From positions 1,472 to 65,471 of the forward strand of contig JAQSWN010000010.1 of NCBI GenBank assembly GCA_029266615.1: a stretch of DNA of 64,000 bases, read 5' to 3'. This DNA is from Polyangiaceae bacterium. Its GTDB lineage: Bacteria > Myxococcota_A > Polyangia > Polyangiales > Polyangiaceae. The position numbers and the translations under genes are program-made. Shown piece by piece: positions 36,573-46,196 of this stretch. How positions within the stretch are numbered: position 1 is the stretch's first letter; each line of letters begins with the position of its first letter. The notes beneath the pieces are model-generated. The model was not told the DNA's origin and did no database searches. It saw only the letters and a program-made list of their open reading frames with translations.

Positions 36573-37319
36573 CTACGCTTGGCGCTCGAGCAAGCGCGCG
36601 AGCTCCAGCTGTCGCGTCGTGCCGGTCTTGGCGAATACGCGACAGAGCTGGGTGCGCACGGTGTTCCAGCTGGTGCCGAGCGCGGCGGCAGCCTCTTTGG
36701 GGACGAGGCCTTGTGCGATGAGCACCGCGACCCTTGCCTCGGCGCGGGTGAGGCCGTAGCTGCGGCGTAGGCGCTCTTCGAGGTTCGGGCGGAGATCGCG
36801 GGATTGCGCGTTCAGCAGGCGTTCACCGATCGAGAGCGCGCGGCTGAGGTGCGGGAGCAGTCGCTCCACGATGCGTTGCTGCGCCTCCCCGAAACGAACG
36901 TGGGTTCGGCCCATGATGCCGAGGGTGATCAGGCTGCGGTCGCTGCGCGATACCACACCACCTATCAGGTCATCGAGCCCGTACGGCTTGCTGAGCTCGT
37001 TGTAGAACGACGTCCGCTCGAGAGTGCGGCGCGGCACGATCATTTCGCCGTAGGCGACCGTGCCCACCGGGACTGCGCTCGCGGGTGCCGCCCAAGGGTC
37101 GTCGCGCCAGTAGTGCTCGACGTACGCCCGGTTGAATTGGGGCTCGAGACCCACCCAGCGCTGAGTCACTTCTTCGCCTTGCATGCGAAGTCCCGCTGCT
37201 TCGGCGCCGCACAGCTGAGCGAGCCGCGTGAGTGCGTCGTCCCAGTGCTCGGGGCACAACGCCGCGTCGTAAAACAGAGCGACGGCGTCGAGCAGGGCGG
37301 TTTCGTCGGCGTGACTCAC
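36573..37319 (-). CDS. LuxR-family HTH regulator with a GAF-like N-terminal domain
   Basis: YDAALCPEHW...HLSRAL and GLTRAEARVA...TVRTQLCRVFAKTGTTRQLEL. Confidence 0.9.
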   Translation of the reverse strand: MSHADETALLDAVALFYDAALCPEHWDDALTRLAQLCGAEAAGLRMQGEEVTQRWVGLEPQFNRAYVEHYWRDDPWAAPASAVPVGTVAYGEMIVPRRTLERTSFYNELSKPYGLDDLIGGVVSRSDRSLITLGIMGRTHVRFGEAQQRIVERLLPHLSRALSIGERLLNAQSRDLRPNLEERLRRSYGLTRAEARVAVLIAQGLVPKEAAAALGTSWNTVRTQLCRVFAKTGTTRQLELARLLERQA

Positions 37320-37390
37320 CCGAGCGATGCTACCAGAGCCTCATCCAACTGGATGATGTGGCCGGGAAGGTGGCGTGACATCGTCGAAAG

Positions 37391-40174
37391 ATGAGCTTTT
37401 TGTCGGGCCGCGTGCTGCGGATGGCGATCTCGACAGGGCTCGTGGGCATGTCCCTCATCCTCGGGGCGTGCGGTGGCGGCGAAGCGGCGCCTGCCGCGAC
37501 AGAAGGCGGTCAGGACGATCGCATCGACTTCGTGCTCGGGCCAAACACCAAGCAGCTCTCCGACGCGGACCTTGCGGCCCTTCAACCAGGCGCAGACACT
37601 TCGCAGACGCTGACCTTCGACGCATCGGTCGGGTCGAAGTTCTCTCGCGGCGATGTCCTGCTGGCCGGGGTCAGCAGGAACACTCCGCGCGGCCTCTTGC
37701 GCGTGGTCACTGGCACCACCCAGGTTGGCGACCTCGTCGAGGTCGAGACCGAGCAGGCGCCGCTGCAGCTCGCGTTTCAAAAGCTGAACGTGCACGTCGA
37801 GCGCAAGTTGGACGTGCCGTTCGAGCTGCCGCGCGGGCTCGCGCCCCAGGGCCTCGGCTTCCCGGTCGGGGGCACGGTGCCGATCCAGAAGTTCATCTTC
37901 AACGGGGACGGCGATCCGGCAACGCTCGAAGATCAACTCTATATCGACGATCGCTATGCCGGCGAGCTCGGCGTCACTCTCGATATCGACTTCGACTGGG
38001 GCTTTGCGGAGGCGGTGACGGCGGGGGTCGACGAGTTCCTCGAGTGTGCACTGGCAGCCGCGACGGGTGGGGTCTTCGGCGATTGTCCGGATCTCGACAT
38101 GCCCGTTCTGTCGGCTACGTTTCAAGCGAAGGCGCTGGTGTCGGCCGAGTTCGACCACGCGGGGGCGGCCTCGGCCGCGTACGGCACCGGCAAGCTCGAC
38201 ATCGGCGCGAAGCAACAGCTCGACCCGATCGAGATCGGTCCGCTCGTTTTCTTGCCGAGGGTCGGATTCGAAGGGCAGATGAAAGGGCGCGCGGGCAGCT
38301 ACGCGCGCATGGCCGGGAAATCGCGCGCGGGCTTCGACGTCAAGGTCACGGCGTCGACATCGACCGGCTTCGACGCGTCGGCGCCCTCGCCGATGCCCAC
38401 CTTCGAGGTGAGCGAGGTCACGGCCTATCTGGACGGTCACGTCAGCACCTCGGTCGGGCCGACCTTGGAAATGCTGGCTTACGGCGCGATCGGCCCCACC
38501 TTCGGACTGACCTTCCGCAGTGACCTAGACGTCGACCGGACTCGCGTTGCCGATTGCTATCGGGCGAGCGTGGCGCTGGATGCCAACTTCGGTTTCGTCG
38601 TGCGGCTGCCGTGGCGCGAAATCGGCGAGTTTTTTTCGCACAGCACCGAAGTCGGCGAGCAGGTCGAGTGGGTCGCGAGCAAGTTCGGCCTCGCCAAGAC
38701 TCTGGTCGATGAATCGACCCCGTTCGAGCTGGGATCGCAGCAGGTGGGGCAAGGCAAATGCACCATCCCGCCGCCGGATATGTTGCCGCCCGGTGCCCCG
38801 CAGGACGACACGCTCGCGAGCCCGCCGTTTTCGCAATGGTCCAACCGCTACGATGAGCCCGGGTTGCACTTTGCTTACTCCGGGACACCCACGCGAGCCC
38901 GCACCCGCTTGATTCCCGGTGTCGATGGCCACCTGTGGGCACCTTCGGCGCCGAGCCCGACGCTGCGCCGGCTCAGTATCGATGGTCGACAGCTGAGCGC
39001 CACTCGCTACCTGGCCCCGATCCCGGAAGAGGACAGTCGAGAGGCGCCGTTGGTCGTGGTCGACGTGCTGGAGCGCCTCGATCTGGTCAAATGGGTCCTG
39101 TTCGAGAACGGCACGGTGGCGCGTCTCGGGCCCGACAACGCGTTGCACGATGCTTTCTCGATTCGGGTGCCGGTGGTCGACGGGGAGGAGGCCAACCTGC
39201 GGCGCGGCGCCGTGCGGGCCGACGGACGTGCCGCGCTGGTCTACGGTGTTCGCGACCTGTTCAACGCGTTCGACAATCGCATGGTGCTGGTCGAGCTGAA
39301 TCCGGATGGAACCGTCTTGCGGTCGCGGTCGTTCGGAGCGGCGACGGAAGCGGTCCTGGTGCAGCAAGAGTTCTTCAGCAACGGGCAGGCGCTGTACCGC
39401 GCCGATGGCTCGCTCTTGCTGGGCGGGGAAAGCAGGGCGAGCGCCGCCGAGAACACGCTCTGCACCGCCATGTCGGTTGCCGACGACGGAGACATCGAGT
39501 TCGCCCACGCGCTCAGTCCAGGGGGCGGGGAGTGCAACTTCGGCGCTCTCGCCGTCTCCGACAACGATGACATCCTGCTCACCGGAAACAGCGGCAAGAG
39601 CTACGGCAACTACGCGTACACGCTGGTGCTCACCGCCGATGGCGACCCCAAGGCTTCCTCGGGCTTCACGTTCGGGAGCTCCAACCTCCTGAACCCGCTG
39701 TTCGTGACGCGCGTGTCGACCTCGGGTTACCTGGTGGCCGGCATCGAGTCTTATGACGTGTTGGCGGGCGAAACCAGCGACGCCGCCTTCGTGGTGCGGC
39801 TCGATGCGGAGGGAGCGGCCCTCTCGACCGCGAGCCACCGCGCTCCCTACGGCGTCCAGCTCGGTCAGCTCGACGCCTACCTCAGCAAAGACGCGGGCGT
39901 GGTGTTCGCGGCGCTCGCCGACTGGAAAGATCAGGCCGAAGGCCGCGAGCTCACCCGTTTCCTCAGTGGCAAGACGTTCGCCAAGGACGGCAGCTTGCCG
40001 TTCAACGCGAACTCCGGAATCACCACCGCGACTCCGACCGCCGAAAGCGTCTCCGTGAAGCTCACGGAGGGCCCGCTTCCGTACGAGTTTGCCGACGTGC
40101 CCGTGACCTTCGTCGGGAACATGCCGCTGCGAGCCGAGGCGCTTCGCTCCCCCGAGACCGTGTTCTCGCCCTGA
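37391..40174 (+). CDS. Large lipoprotein (927 aa), beta-rich N-terminal half and probable C-terminal beta-propeller
   Basis: Lipobox LGAC, long ORF with GC3-rich codons and repeated DG-turn blades. Confidence 0.85.
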   Translation: MSFLSGRVLRMAISTGLVGMSLILGACGGGEAAPAATEGGQDDRIDFVLGPNTKQLSDADLAALQPGADTSQTLTFDASVGSKFSRGDVLLAGVSRNTPRGLLRVVTGTTQVGDLVEVETEQAPLQLAFQKLNVHVERKLDVPFELPRGLAPQGLGFPVGGTVPIQKFIFNGDGDPATLEDQLYIDDRYAGELGVTLDIDFDWGFAEAVTAGVDEFLECALAAATGGVFGDCPDLDMPVLSATFQAKALVSAEFDHAGAASAAYGTGKLDIGAKQQLDPIEIGPLVFLPRVGFEGQMKGRAGSYARMAGKSRAGFDVKVTASTSTGFDASAPSPMPTFEVSEVTAYLDGHVSTSVGPTLEMLAYGAIGPTFGLTFRSDLDVDRTRVADCYRASVALDANFGFVVRLPWREIGEFFSHSTEVGEQVEWVASKFGLAKTLVDESTPFELGSQQVGQGKCTIPPPDMLPPGAPQDDTLASPPFSQWSNRYDEPGLHFAYSGTPTRARTRLIPGVDGHLWAPSAPSPTLRRLSIDGRQLSATRYLAPIPEEDSREAPLVVVDVLERLDLVKWVLFENGTVARLGPDNALHDAFSIRVPVVDGEEANLRRGAVRADGRAALVYGVRDLFNAFDNRMVLVELNPDGTVLRSRSFGAATEAVLVQQEFFSNGQALYRADGSLLLGGESRASAAENTLCTAMSVADDGDIEFAHALSPGGGECNFGALAVSDNDDILLTGNSGKSYGNYAYTLVLTADGDPKASSGFTFGSSNLLNPLFVTRVSTSGYLVAGIESYDVLAGETSDAAFVVRLDAEGAALSTASHRAPYGVQLGQLDAYLSKDAGVVFAALADWKDQAEGRELTRFLSGKTFAKDGSLPFNANSGITTATPTAESVSVKLTEGPLPYEFADVPVTFVGNMPLRAEALRSPETVFSP

Positions 40175-40220
40175 CCTGGCGGGGCTGCTGAGCGACGCGC
40201 ACGCATCGACGACGACTACG

Positions 40221-40781
40221 TCACCCGTTCGAGCTCTGACCCAGGGCCCACGCACTCGACCCATCGCCGCTCAGCAGGTACTCGCGGGTCAGCTCGCGAG
40301 CGCGGTGCAGGCGGCCTTTGACGGCGGCGGTGCTGACGACCAGCCTCTCGGCCATCTCGCCGACGGTGAGGCCTTCGAAGTCTCGCAGCACGAGCACCTC
40401 GCGGTACTGCTGCGGCAAGGATTCCAGCGCCGCCGTGAGGTCCAGGCGGAGCTCGTCGTCGCTGCGCGAGGCCACGAGCGCCTCGACCGCGCCGTCATTC
40501 CAGAGATCGCGGCGGAGCGCCACCCGCGCCAGGCGATGACACTCGCGGCGCACGATGCGAAACATCCAGCGAGACCAGGCGCGCGCGTGACGCAGCGAGC
40601 CCAAGTAGCGGGACGCGATGAGCAGCGCCTCCTGCACGGCGTCGTCGACGTCGCTGATGACGCAGCTCCGCTGCGCGTAGCGCCGGAGCTCGGGCTGGCA
40701 CTGGACGAGCAAGAGCGCAAGCGCGCTGGGAGCTCCCGAGCACGCTGCTTCAACCAGGGCGAGGTCGAACCGCTCGCGCAT
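40221..40781 (-). CDS. ECF-type RNA polymerase sigma factor
   Basis: Region 2 DVDDAVQEALL...WMFRIVRREC and region 4 LESLPQQYREVLVLRDFEGL...VKGRLHRAR. Confidence 0.92.
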   Translation of the reverse strand: MRERFDLALVEAACSGAPSALALLLVQCQPELRRYAQRSCVISDVDDAVQEALLIASRYLGSLRHARAWSRWMFRIVRRECHRLARVALRRDLWNDGAVEALVASRSDDELRLDLTAALESLPQQYREVLVLRDFEGLTVGEMAERLVVSTAAVKGRLHRARELTREYLLSGDGSSAWALGQSSNG

Positions 40782-40784
40782 GGT

Positions 40785-41009
40785 TCACTCCTCCTTCGGG
40801 AGGCGTCGCCCGACCAGCGCGCACGCGGGGCACACCCCGAACAGGCCGGTCAGGGCGAAGCCAATCGCTGCGCTCGCGACCAGCCAGGCGGAGGGCGTGG
40901 CGAGCATCCGCAGCGCAGCGACCGCGACGGCCAGCGCCGCCACGACGCGTAGGACGCGCTCCCAGGTTGGGACGTTCTTCACGAAAAAAACAGCTTTCCA
41001 CGGCGTCAT
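40785..41009 (-). CDS. DUF2892 (YgaP-like) small membrane protein (start uncertain)
   Basis: KNVPTWERVLRV...LTGLFGVCPACALVG. Confidence 0.8.
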   Translation of the reverse strand: MTPWKAVFFVKNVPTWERVLRVVAALAVAVAALRMLATPSAWLVASAAIGFALTGLFGVCPACALVGRRLPKEE

Positions 41010-41202
41010 GCACCAGAGAGGCTCGCCCGGCGACAATGGATCCGCGCCCTGGGCGATTTTTGTTTGGGTATGAGGGTTTGCTCTCTCGCTTGCAGTCCCC
41101 GTGCCCGCCTTGTTTCGCGCTGCCGGAGCGTACGTGCGCGAGATATCTGGCTAAAGTTCCGTTCGGCGGAAACGTCTGCCGGCCCCCACCGTAGGAGCGT
41201 GC

Positions 41203-42801
41203 ATGACCCGCGAGCTGAGCGGCCCCGACGCCGACCCCTTCGACGTCCTCGTGATCGGCGCCGGCTTCGGAGGGCTGAGCGCCGCCCTGTCGCTGGCGGA
41301 GGGCGGGGCGAAGGTGTGCTTGTGCGAGGCGTTGAAGTATCCGGGCGGCTGCGCCAGCACCTTCGAACGCGATGGCTTTCGGTTCGACGCTGGGGCCACC
41401 CTCGTGAGCGGTCTCGCCCGCGGGCAGCTCTTTGGGCGTTGGCTCGAGCGCTACTCGCCGCAGACGGTCATCGATTGGATCGACCCTTTGCTGCACGTCC
41501 GCGCGAAGGCGCTCGAGCTCGTGGTGGGGCGCGACCGAGAGCGGCTCGTGGAGCAGCTCTGCGCGCTGGGCGGCGCCCCCGCGGAGGGCATTCGAGCCTT
41601 CTTCCAGCGGCAGCGCGCCGTAGCGGACGTGCTCTGGTCGCTGTTCGACGACCCCTCCTTACTCCCGCCCTTCAGCGTCGGTAGCCTCGCGCGACACGTG
41701 CCGCGGCTAGCTCGATACGCGGGCCTCCTCCCCCTCGTCGGGCGCTCGCTGGAGCAGGTGCTAGCGACCTACGGCGTCGCGGACTTCGCGCCGCTTCGCC
41801 TCTACATCGACGCGCTCTGCCAAATCACGGTGCAGTGCCCGGCTTCCGAGGCGGAGGCGCTCTTCGCGCTCGCCGCTCTCGACTACTACTACCGCGGCAC
41901 CGCGCACGTGCGCGGCGGTGTCGGTTCGCTGGCGTGGGCGCTGCTCAACGCGGCCCGCGCGGCGGGCGTGCACACCCGCCTGCCGTCGCGAGTGTCCGGG
42001 TTACGCCGCGAGCCCAACGGCGCCTGGGTCGTCACGACGCGCGGGGGCGAGCTCAGAGCGCGCGCCGTCGTCGCGAACCTGATTCCGAGCGCGCTCCACG
42101 CCTTGGTGGACCCGCGCGAGGCGGCAGCGCTCACGGCCGTGCTCGGCGACCGGTCGGAGGAGCTCGAGAACGCCTGGGGCGCAGCGATGCTCTACGCCGT
42201 CGCCCGCGCGCCCGAGGAGAGCTCGCCCGAGGCGCACCACCTACAACTCATCGGCTCGGAGGAGCAGCCGCTCCGCGAAGGCAATCACGTCTTCGTCTCG
42301 TTGAGCGGCGCGTTGGAGCTGGAGCGCGCGCCCGCCGGCCTGCGCACGCTCACGATATCCACGCATGTGCCGCTCTCTAAGTTGCGAGACGCAAAGACCG
42401 ACGCCGGCCGCTACATCGGCGCCATCCAGCGAAAGATGCGCGAGACGCTCGAACAGCGCGCGCCTGAGTGGTCGCGCGGCATCGAGCAGGTGCTCCCGGC
42501 GTCACCCCGCACCTTCGCCCGCTTCGTGGGACGACCTACCGGGACGGTCGGAGGGCTCCCTCGCCGCGTTGGGCTCAGCAACTACCGCGGCGCGGGGCCG
42601 ATGGAGGCGCTGGATGGCCTTTGGATGGTGGGTGACTCGGTGTTCCCCGGCCAGAGCGCGCTCGCAACCGCTGTCGGCGGAGCGCGCACGGCCGCGTCCG
42701 TGCTGCGCCGGCTCGGCGCCCGACCCGCAGCGCCGCTACTCCCCTACCTAGCGGACAGCCCGCGAGCGTCTTTGCCCTCGGGCATGACGGGCGATCGCTA
42801 G
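41203..42801 (+). CDS. FAD-dependent phytoene desaturase/carotenoid oxidoreductase family protein
   Basis: VIGAGFGGL, PGGCASTFERDGFRFDAGA, SPRTFARF and GLWMVGDSVFPG motifs. Confidence 0.88.
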   Translation: MTRELSGPDADPFDVLVIGAGFGGLSAALSLAEGGAKVCLCEALKYPGGCASTFERDGFRFDAGATLVSGLARGQLFGRWLERYSPQTVIDWIDPLLHVRAKALELVVGRDRERLVEQLCALGGAPAEGIRAFFQRQRAVADVLWSLFDDPSLLPPFSVGSLARHVPRLARYAGLLPLVGRSLEQVLATYGVADFAPLRLYIDALCQITVQCPASEAEALFALAALDYYYRGTAHVRGGVGSLAWALLNAARAAGVHTRLPSRVSGLRREPNGAWVVTTRGGELRARAVVANLIPSALHALVDPREAAALTAVLGDRSEELENAWGAAMLYAVARAPEESSPEAHHLQLIGSEEQPLREGNHVFVSLSGALELERAPAGLRTLTISTHVPLSKLRDAKTDAGRYIGAIQRKMRETLEQRAPEWSRGIEQVLPASPRTFARFVGRPTGTVGGLPRRVGLSNYRGAGPMEALDGLWMVGDSVFPGQSALATAVGGARTAASVLRRLGARPAAPLLPYLADSPRASLPSGMTGDR

Positions 42802-43039
42802 AATACGTGGCTTCGATGTCGCCGATATCCGGCGCGTCGTCATTCGGGCGCATCAATTTTGGAGACGCCTGAACAGCTCGGCCGCGCCTACCGAGCCACC
42901 CCCGTGCTCCGCCCCGAGAGTGCGGCGTTGCAACCAGCCGGGTCTGCGGCCTGAGCAGTGAAGTTTGGCCGGGGCGTGCCGTCTTCAGCAAAGGGCGTCC
43001 CCGAAGCGGCGCTCCGCCTCGCGTCCGAGAAGTCCGCGC

Positions 43040-44314
43040 ATGAAAAAAAGTAACCCGCTGTTGAACCTCGAGAGTTTGCCGTTGATCGCCGCACTGGCGC
43101 TCGCTGTGGGCGCGTGTGGGGGGAAAGACGAGGAACGACCGGCCCCGGCCCCCGTGGAGCAACTCCCGGTGGTTAAGGTGGAGCTGTTTTCGTGGTGGGT
43201 GGCGCCCGGTGAGGCTGAGGCGCTGCAGAAGCTGATCGATCTGCACCGCGAGAATTACCCCAACCAGCGCATCGTGAACGGCGCCGCAACCACCGCCGAG
43301 CAATCGAAGCTGCTGTTGCTCGAGCGCCTGACGGAGGGAGAGCCGCCTGACGTCATGCAGAGCAGCGCGTACAACATACGTCAGGATTTAGCCGCGTACC
43401 CAGGCATCGTGCAGCCGCTGGACGCTCTGTTCGAAGAAGAAGGACTCTCCAAAGTGATCGTGCCGGAGCTGCTTGACGACGTGACGCTGGACGGAAGCGT
43501 CCAAGCCCTCCCCGTCAATATGCACCGCGAGAACACTATCTTTTACAACAAGCGAATCTTTGCAGACAACCAGCTCGAGCCGCCGACAAGCCTCGAGGAG
43601 CTTCTTGCTGCGTGTGAGAAGCTGAAGAAGAAGGGCATCACGCCGATCGCGACCACGAGCGAGGGCTGGGTTCTGCGAATCCTGTTCAACACGCTCGCGA
43701 TGGGCGTGTACGACTCGGAAGCCTTCACCGCGTACTGGACGGGTAATGCCGAGCTGGACGAGGACAAGCTCTCGTCAGCCATCGACGCTTTCGACACCGT
43801 ATTGACCCAGTACGTGGATGCCGACGCGGCAGACGCAGCCGTAGGTTGGACCGATGCGGCGCAGGCGGTGTTCGCCGGGGAAGCGGCGATGTTTCCCCAC
43901 GGAGATTGGACGAAGGGCTACTTCGAGCAGCTGGGCTGGACGCCGGACTTCGACTTCGGGGCGTTCGCAGCCCCGGGGAGCCGGGAGCTTTTCTGGTACT
44001 CGGCGGACGTCTTCGCGATCGCGACGGGCGCTCCGCAGGAGAGCGCGGCTCACGACTTTCTTAGAACGGTGGGCTCGAAGGAAGGCCAAGTTGCGTTCAA
44101 CAAGATCAAGGGTTCGAGTCCGATTCGTCTGGACGTGGATCCCAAGCTACTGGATCCGATCGGCCGTCAGGTTTTGGATGACCTAAAAAATGCCAAGTTC
44201 CGAGTTCAGGTCAGAAACAACGACGCGTGGGACATTGGCCTCGCTCGTTTCGCGGTCGACCACGACAAGGAAGCATTGATCCAAATATATCGGGATTCAC
44301 CGCCGCAAAGGTGA
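43040..44314 (+). CDS. Sugar ABC-type substrate-binding lipoprotein (family 1, glucose-binding-like)
   Basis: Lipobox VGAC. ELFSWW..GEAEAL, PVNMHREN, HGDW and QVAFNKIKGSSP motifs. Confidence 0.9.
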   Translation: MKKSNPLLNLESLPLIAALALAVGACGGKDEERPAPAPVEQLPVVKVELFSWWVAPGEAEALQKLIDLHRENYPNQRIVNGAATTAEQSKLLLLERLTEGEPPDVMQSSAYNIRQDLAAYPGIVQPLDALFEEEGLSKVIVPELLDDVTLDGSVQALPVNMHRENTIFYNKRIFADNQLEPPTSLEELLAACEKLKKKGITPIATTSEGWVLRILFNTLAMGVYDSEAFTAYWTGNAELDEDKLSSAIDAFDTVLTQYVDADAADAAVGWTDAAQAVFAGEAAMFPHGDWTKGYFEQLGWTPDFDFGAFAAPGSRELFWYSADVFAIATGAPQESAAHDFLRTVGSKEGQVAFNKIKGSSPIRLDVDPKLLDPIGRQVLDDLKNAKFRVQVRNNDAWDIGLARFAVDHDKEALIQIYRDSPPQR

Positions 44315-44614
44315 CGCGCTATGTCCGGTGGACTCAGCACCATCCTCCTCGCTTGCGGACGCTCGGCCGTGAGCGTCGTGGATGAGCGGGGGACCACGAC
44401 CGGCCTCCGCGTTCCCTTTTCCTGCGGCCCATCTGCTGCCGCGGGTGAGGGGCCGCGATCGCGAGGCTCACTCGCTGCGCGCTGAGCGTCCCCCCAGTGA
44501 CGTAAGGGGGTGTAAGTCGGGCGGTGACGCGCGATCTCACTCGGGGCCGCTGGAGGACGACGGAGGCCCTTCAGTCCGCGCGCGAAGGGACGTTGATCCG
44601 AGGCGGTAGGGGAG

Positions 44615-46117
44615 ATGTACGACCTGAAAGGCAAAACACTCGGCCGGTACCGGCTGCTGACGCCAGTCGCGCGGGGCGGCATGGGCCAAGTTTGGCTGGG
44701 TCGTCTGCAAGGTGCTCGGGGCTTCAGCAAAATGGTCGCGGTCAAGACGCTGCTCCCATCGCGCGACGACGCGGAGCGGTTGGAGGGGATGCTCACTGAA
44801 GAAGCGCGCATCGCGTCACTCATTCAGCACCCCAATGTGGTGCAGACCATCGAGCTGGGCGAGCACGAGGGCGTGCTCTACCTCGTCATGGAATGGGTGG
44901 ACGGGGAGTCCCTCGGCTACTTTCGCGAACGCGCGGCTGAGCTCGGCGGCATGCCGTGGACAATCGCCGTTCAGTTGGTAGGTCAAGTCCTCGCGGGGCT
45001 TCACGCGGCGCACGAGCTCCGTGACGAAGCAGGGCTGCTGGGAGTCGTGCACCGCGACGTGTCGCCCAACAACGTGCTCGTGACTTACGACGGCATCGCC
45101 AAGGTGCTGGATTTCGGCATTGCAAAAGCCACTCAGCAGGCGCTGTCGACCACGAAGCAGGGCGAGGTAAAAGGCAAGTTCTCATACATGGCGCCCGAGC
45201 AGCTCCTCGGCGACAGCGTCGACCGCCGCTGTGACGTGTTTGCGTGCGGCATCTTGCTCTACGTGTTGACCACCGGGCAGCACCCATTCACCGGCCAGAC
45301 CGCGGCCGCGGTCGTCCGCGCCATCGTGAGCGATGAGCCCATCATCCCGCCCTCGAAGCTTCGCGAGGGTTACCCGCCCGAGCTCGAACGGGTGGTCCTT
45401 CAGGCTCTCGCCCGGCGGCGCGACGAGCGCTGGCCGGGCGCTGAGAGCATGCGCGCGGCGCTCGAGCGCGCCCTGCCTGCGGGCTTTGGTGAAGCGGCAC
45501 GCGCCGAAGTGACGAGCTTCGTCAACCGCGTCGCCGCCGAGCGGCAGCTAGCACGCCGAGCGGCAGTACGCAGCGCTCAGCTCGCGGCGGACTCGAGCGA
45601 GCCGCCGAGTCTCCCCCACGTGGCGACGCCGAACGGCTCTGCGAGCGTCTCCTCCCTGAGGGCGGTCTCGCTATCTAAGCCAGCGCCGGACGAACCGCTC
45701 GTGGCGGTTAGCCAGTCGAACGCAGCCGAGCCTGCCGTCGCGCTGCCTTCGCGAGTCGGCAAGGGCGTTGGGCTCTTGATCGCGGCATGCCTGCTGCTGC
45801 TGCTGACGTTCGCCGCGTGGCCTTCACGCGAGCGCTTGCTCGCCGGGGGGCATCCCGTCGCCGCTGCGCCCCCCGCCTCCGGCGCTCCGCTGTCCGCTCA
45901 ACCCATGCCGAGGCCTTCCTCGATACCATCGCCCTCTCTGCCGGCCGCCGCGAGCACGTCCGTCGAGAAAGACCCCTCCGGATCGCCAGCTCTTGCTGCG
46001 CCGGGCGGGGCGACCCCTCGCGTTGCCAGCTCGCGCCCGAAAGCCCCGCCTCGAAAGCCGTCGAAGCAGCTCGGCGCGCCATCGAACGATCTGTTGGTTC
46101 CCGACTACGCGCACTGA
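44615..46117 (+). CDS. Membrane Ser/Thr protein kinase
   Basis: RGGMGQV, AVK, HRDVSPNN, DFG and GKFSYMAPE motifs, then a TM helix and Pro-rich tail. Confidence 0.95.
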   Translation: MYDLKGKTLGRYRLLTPVARGGMGQVWLGRLQGARGFSKMVAVKTLLPSRDDAERLEGMLTEEARIASLIQHPNVVQTIELGEHEGVLYLVMEWVDGESLGYFRERAAELGGMPWTIAVQLVGQVLAGLHAAHELRDEAGLLGVVHRDVSPNNVLVTYDGIAKVLDFGIAKATQQALSTTKQGEVKGKFSYMAPEQLLGDSVDRRCDVFACGILLYVLTTGQHPFTGQTAAAVVRAIVSDEPIIPPSKLREGYPPELERVVLQALARRRDERWPGAESMRAALERALPAGFGEAARAEVTSFVNRVAAERQLARRAAVRSAQLAADSSEPPSLPHVATPNGSASVSSLRAVSLSKPAPDEPLVAVSQSNAAEPAVALPSRVGKGVGLLIAACLLLLLTFAAWPSRERLLAGGHPVAAAPPASGAPLSAQPMPRPSSIPSPSLPAAASTSVEKDPSGSPALAAPGGATPRVASSRPKAPPRKPSKQLGAPSNDLLVPDYAH

Positions 46118-46196
46118 CGACGTGCAGGGCGGCGTGCCCCAGGACTCCCCATGGGCTGCGAAAGGACAGCTCGCGATCCCTCGCGGCCGCTCGACC

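Noticed and set aside
38525-40264. Long antisense or alternative-frame ORFs (for example 38525-40264, 60777-62228, 19938-21347, 53878-54999)
   Set aside because: Shadow ORFs of high-GC coding genes, with Arg/Ala/Pro-rich composition and no motifs.
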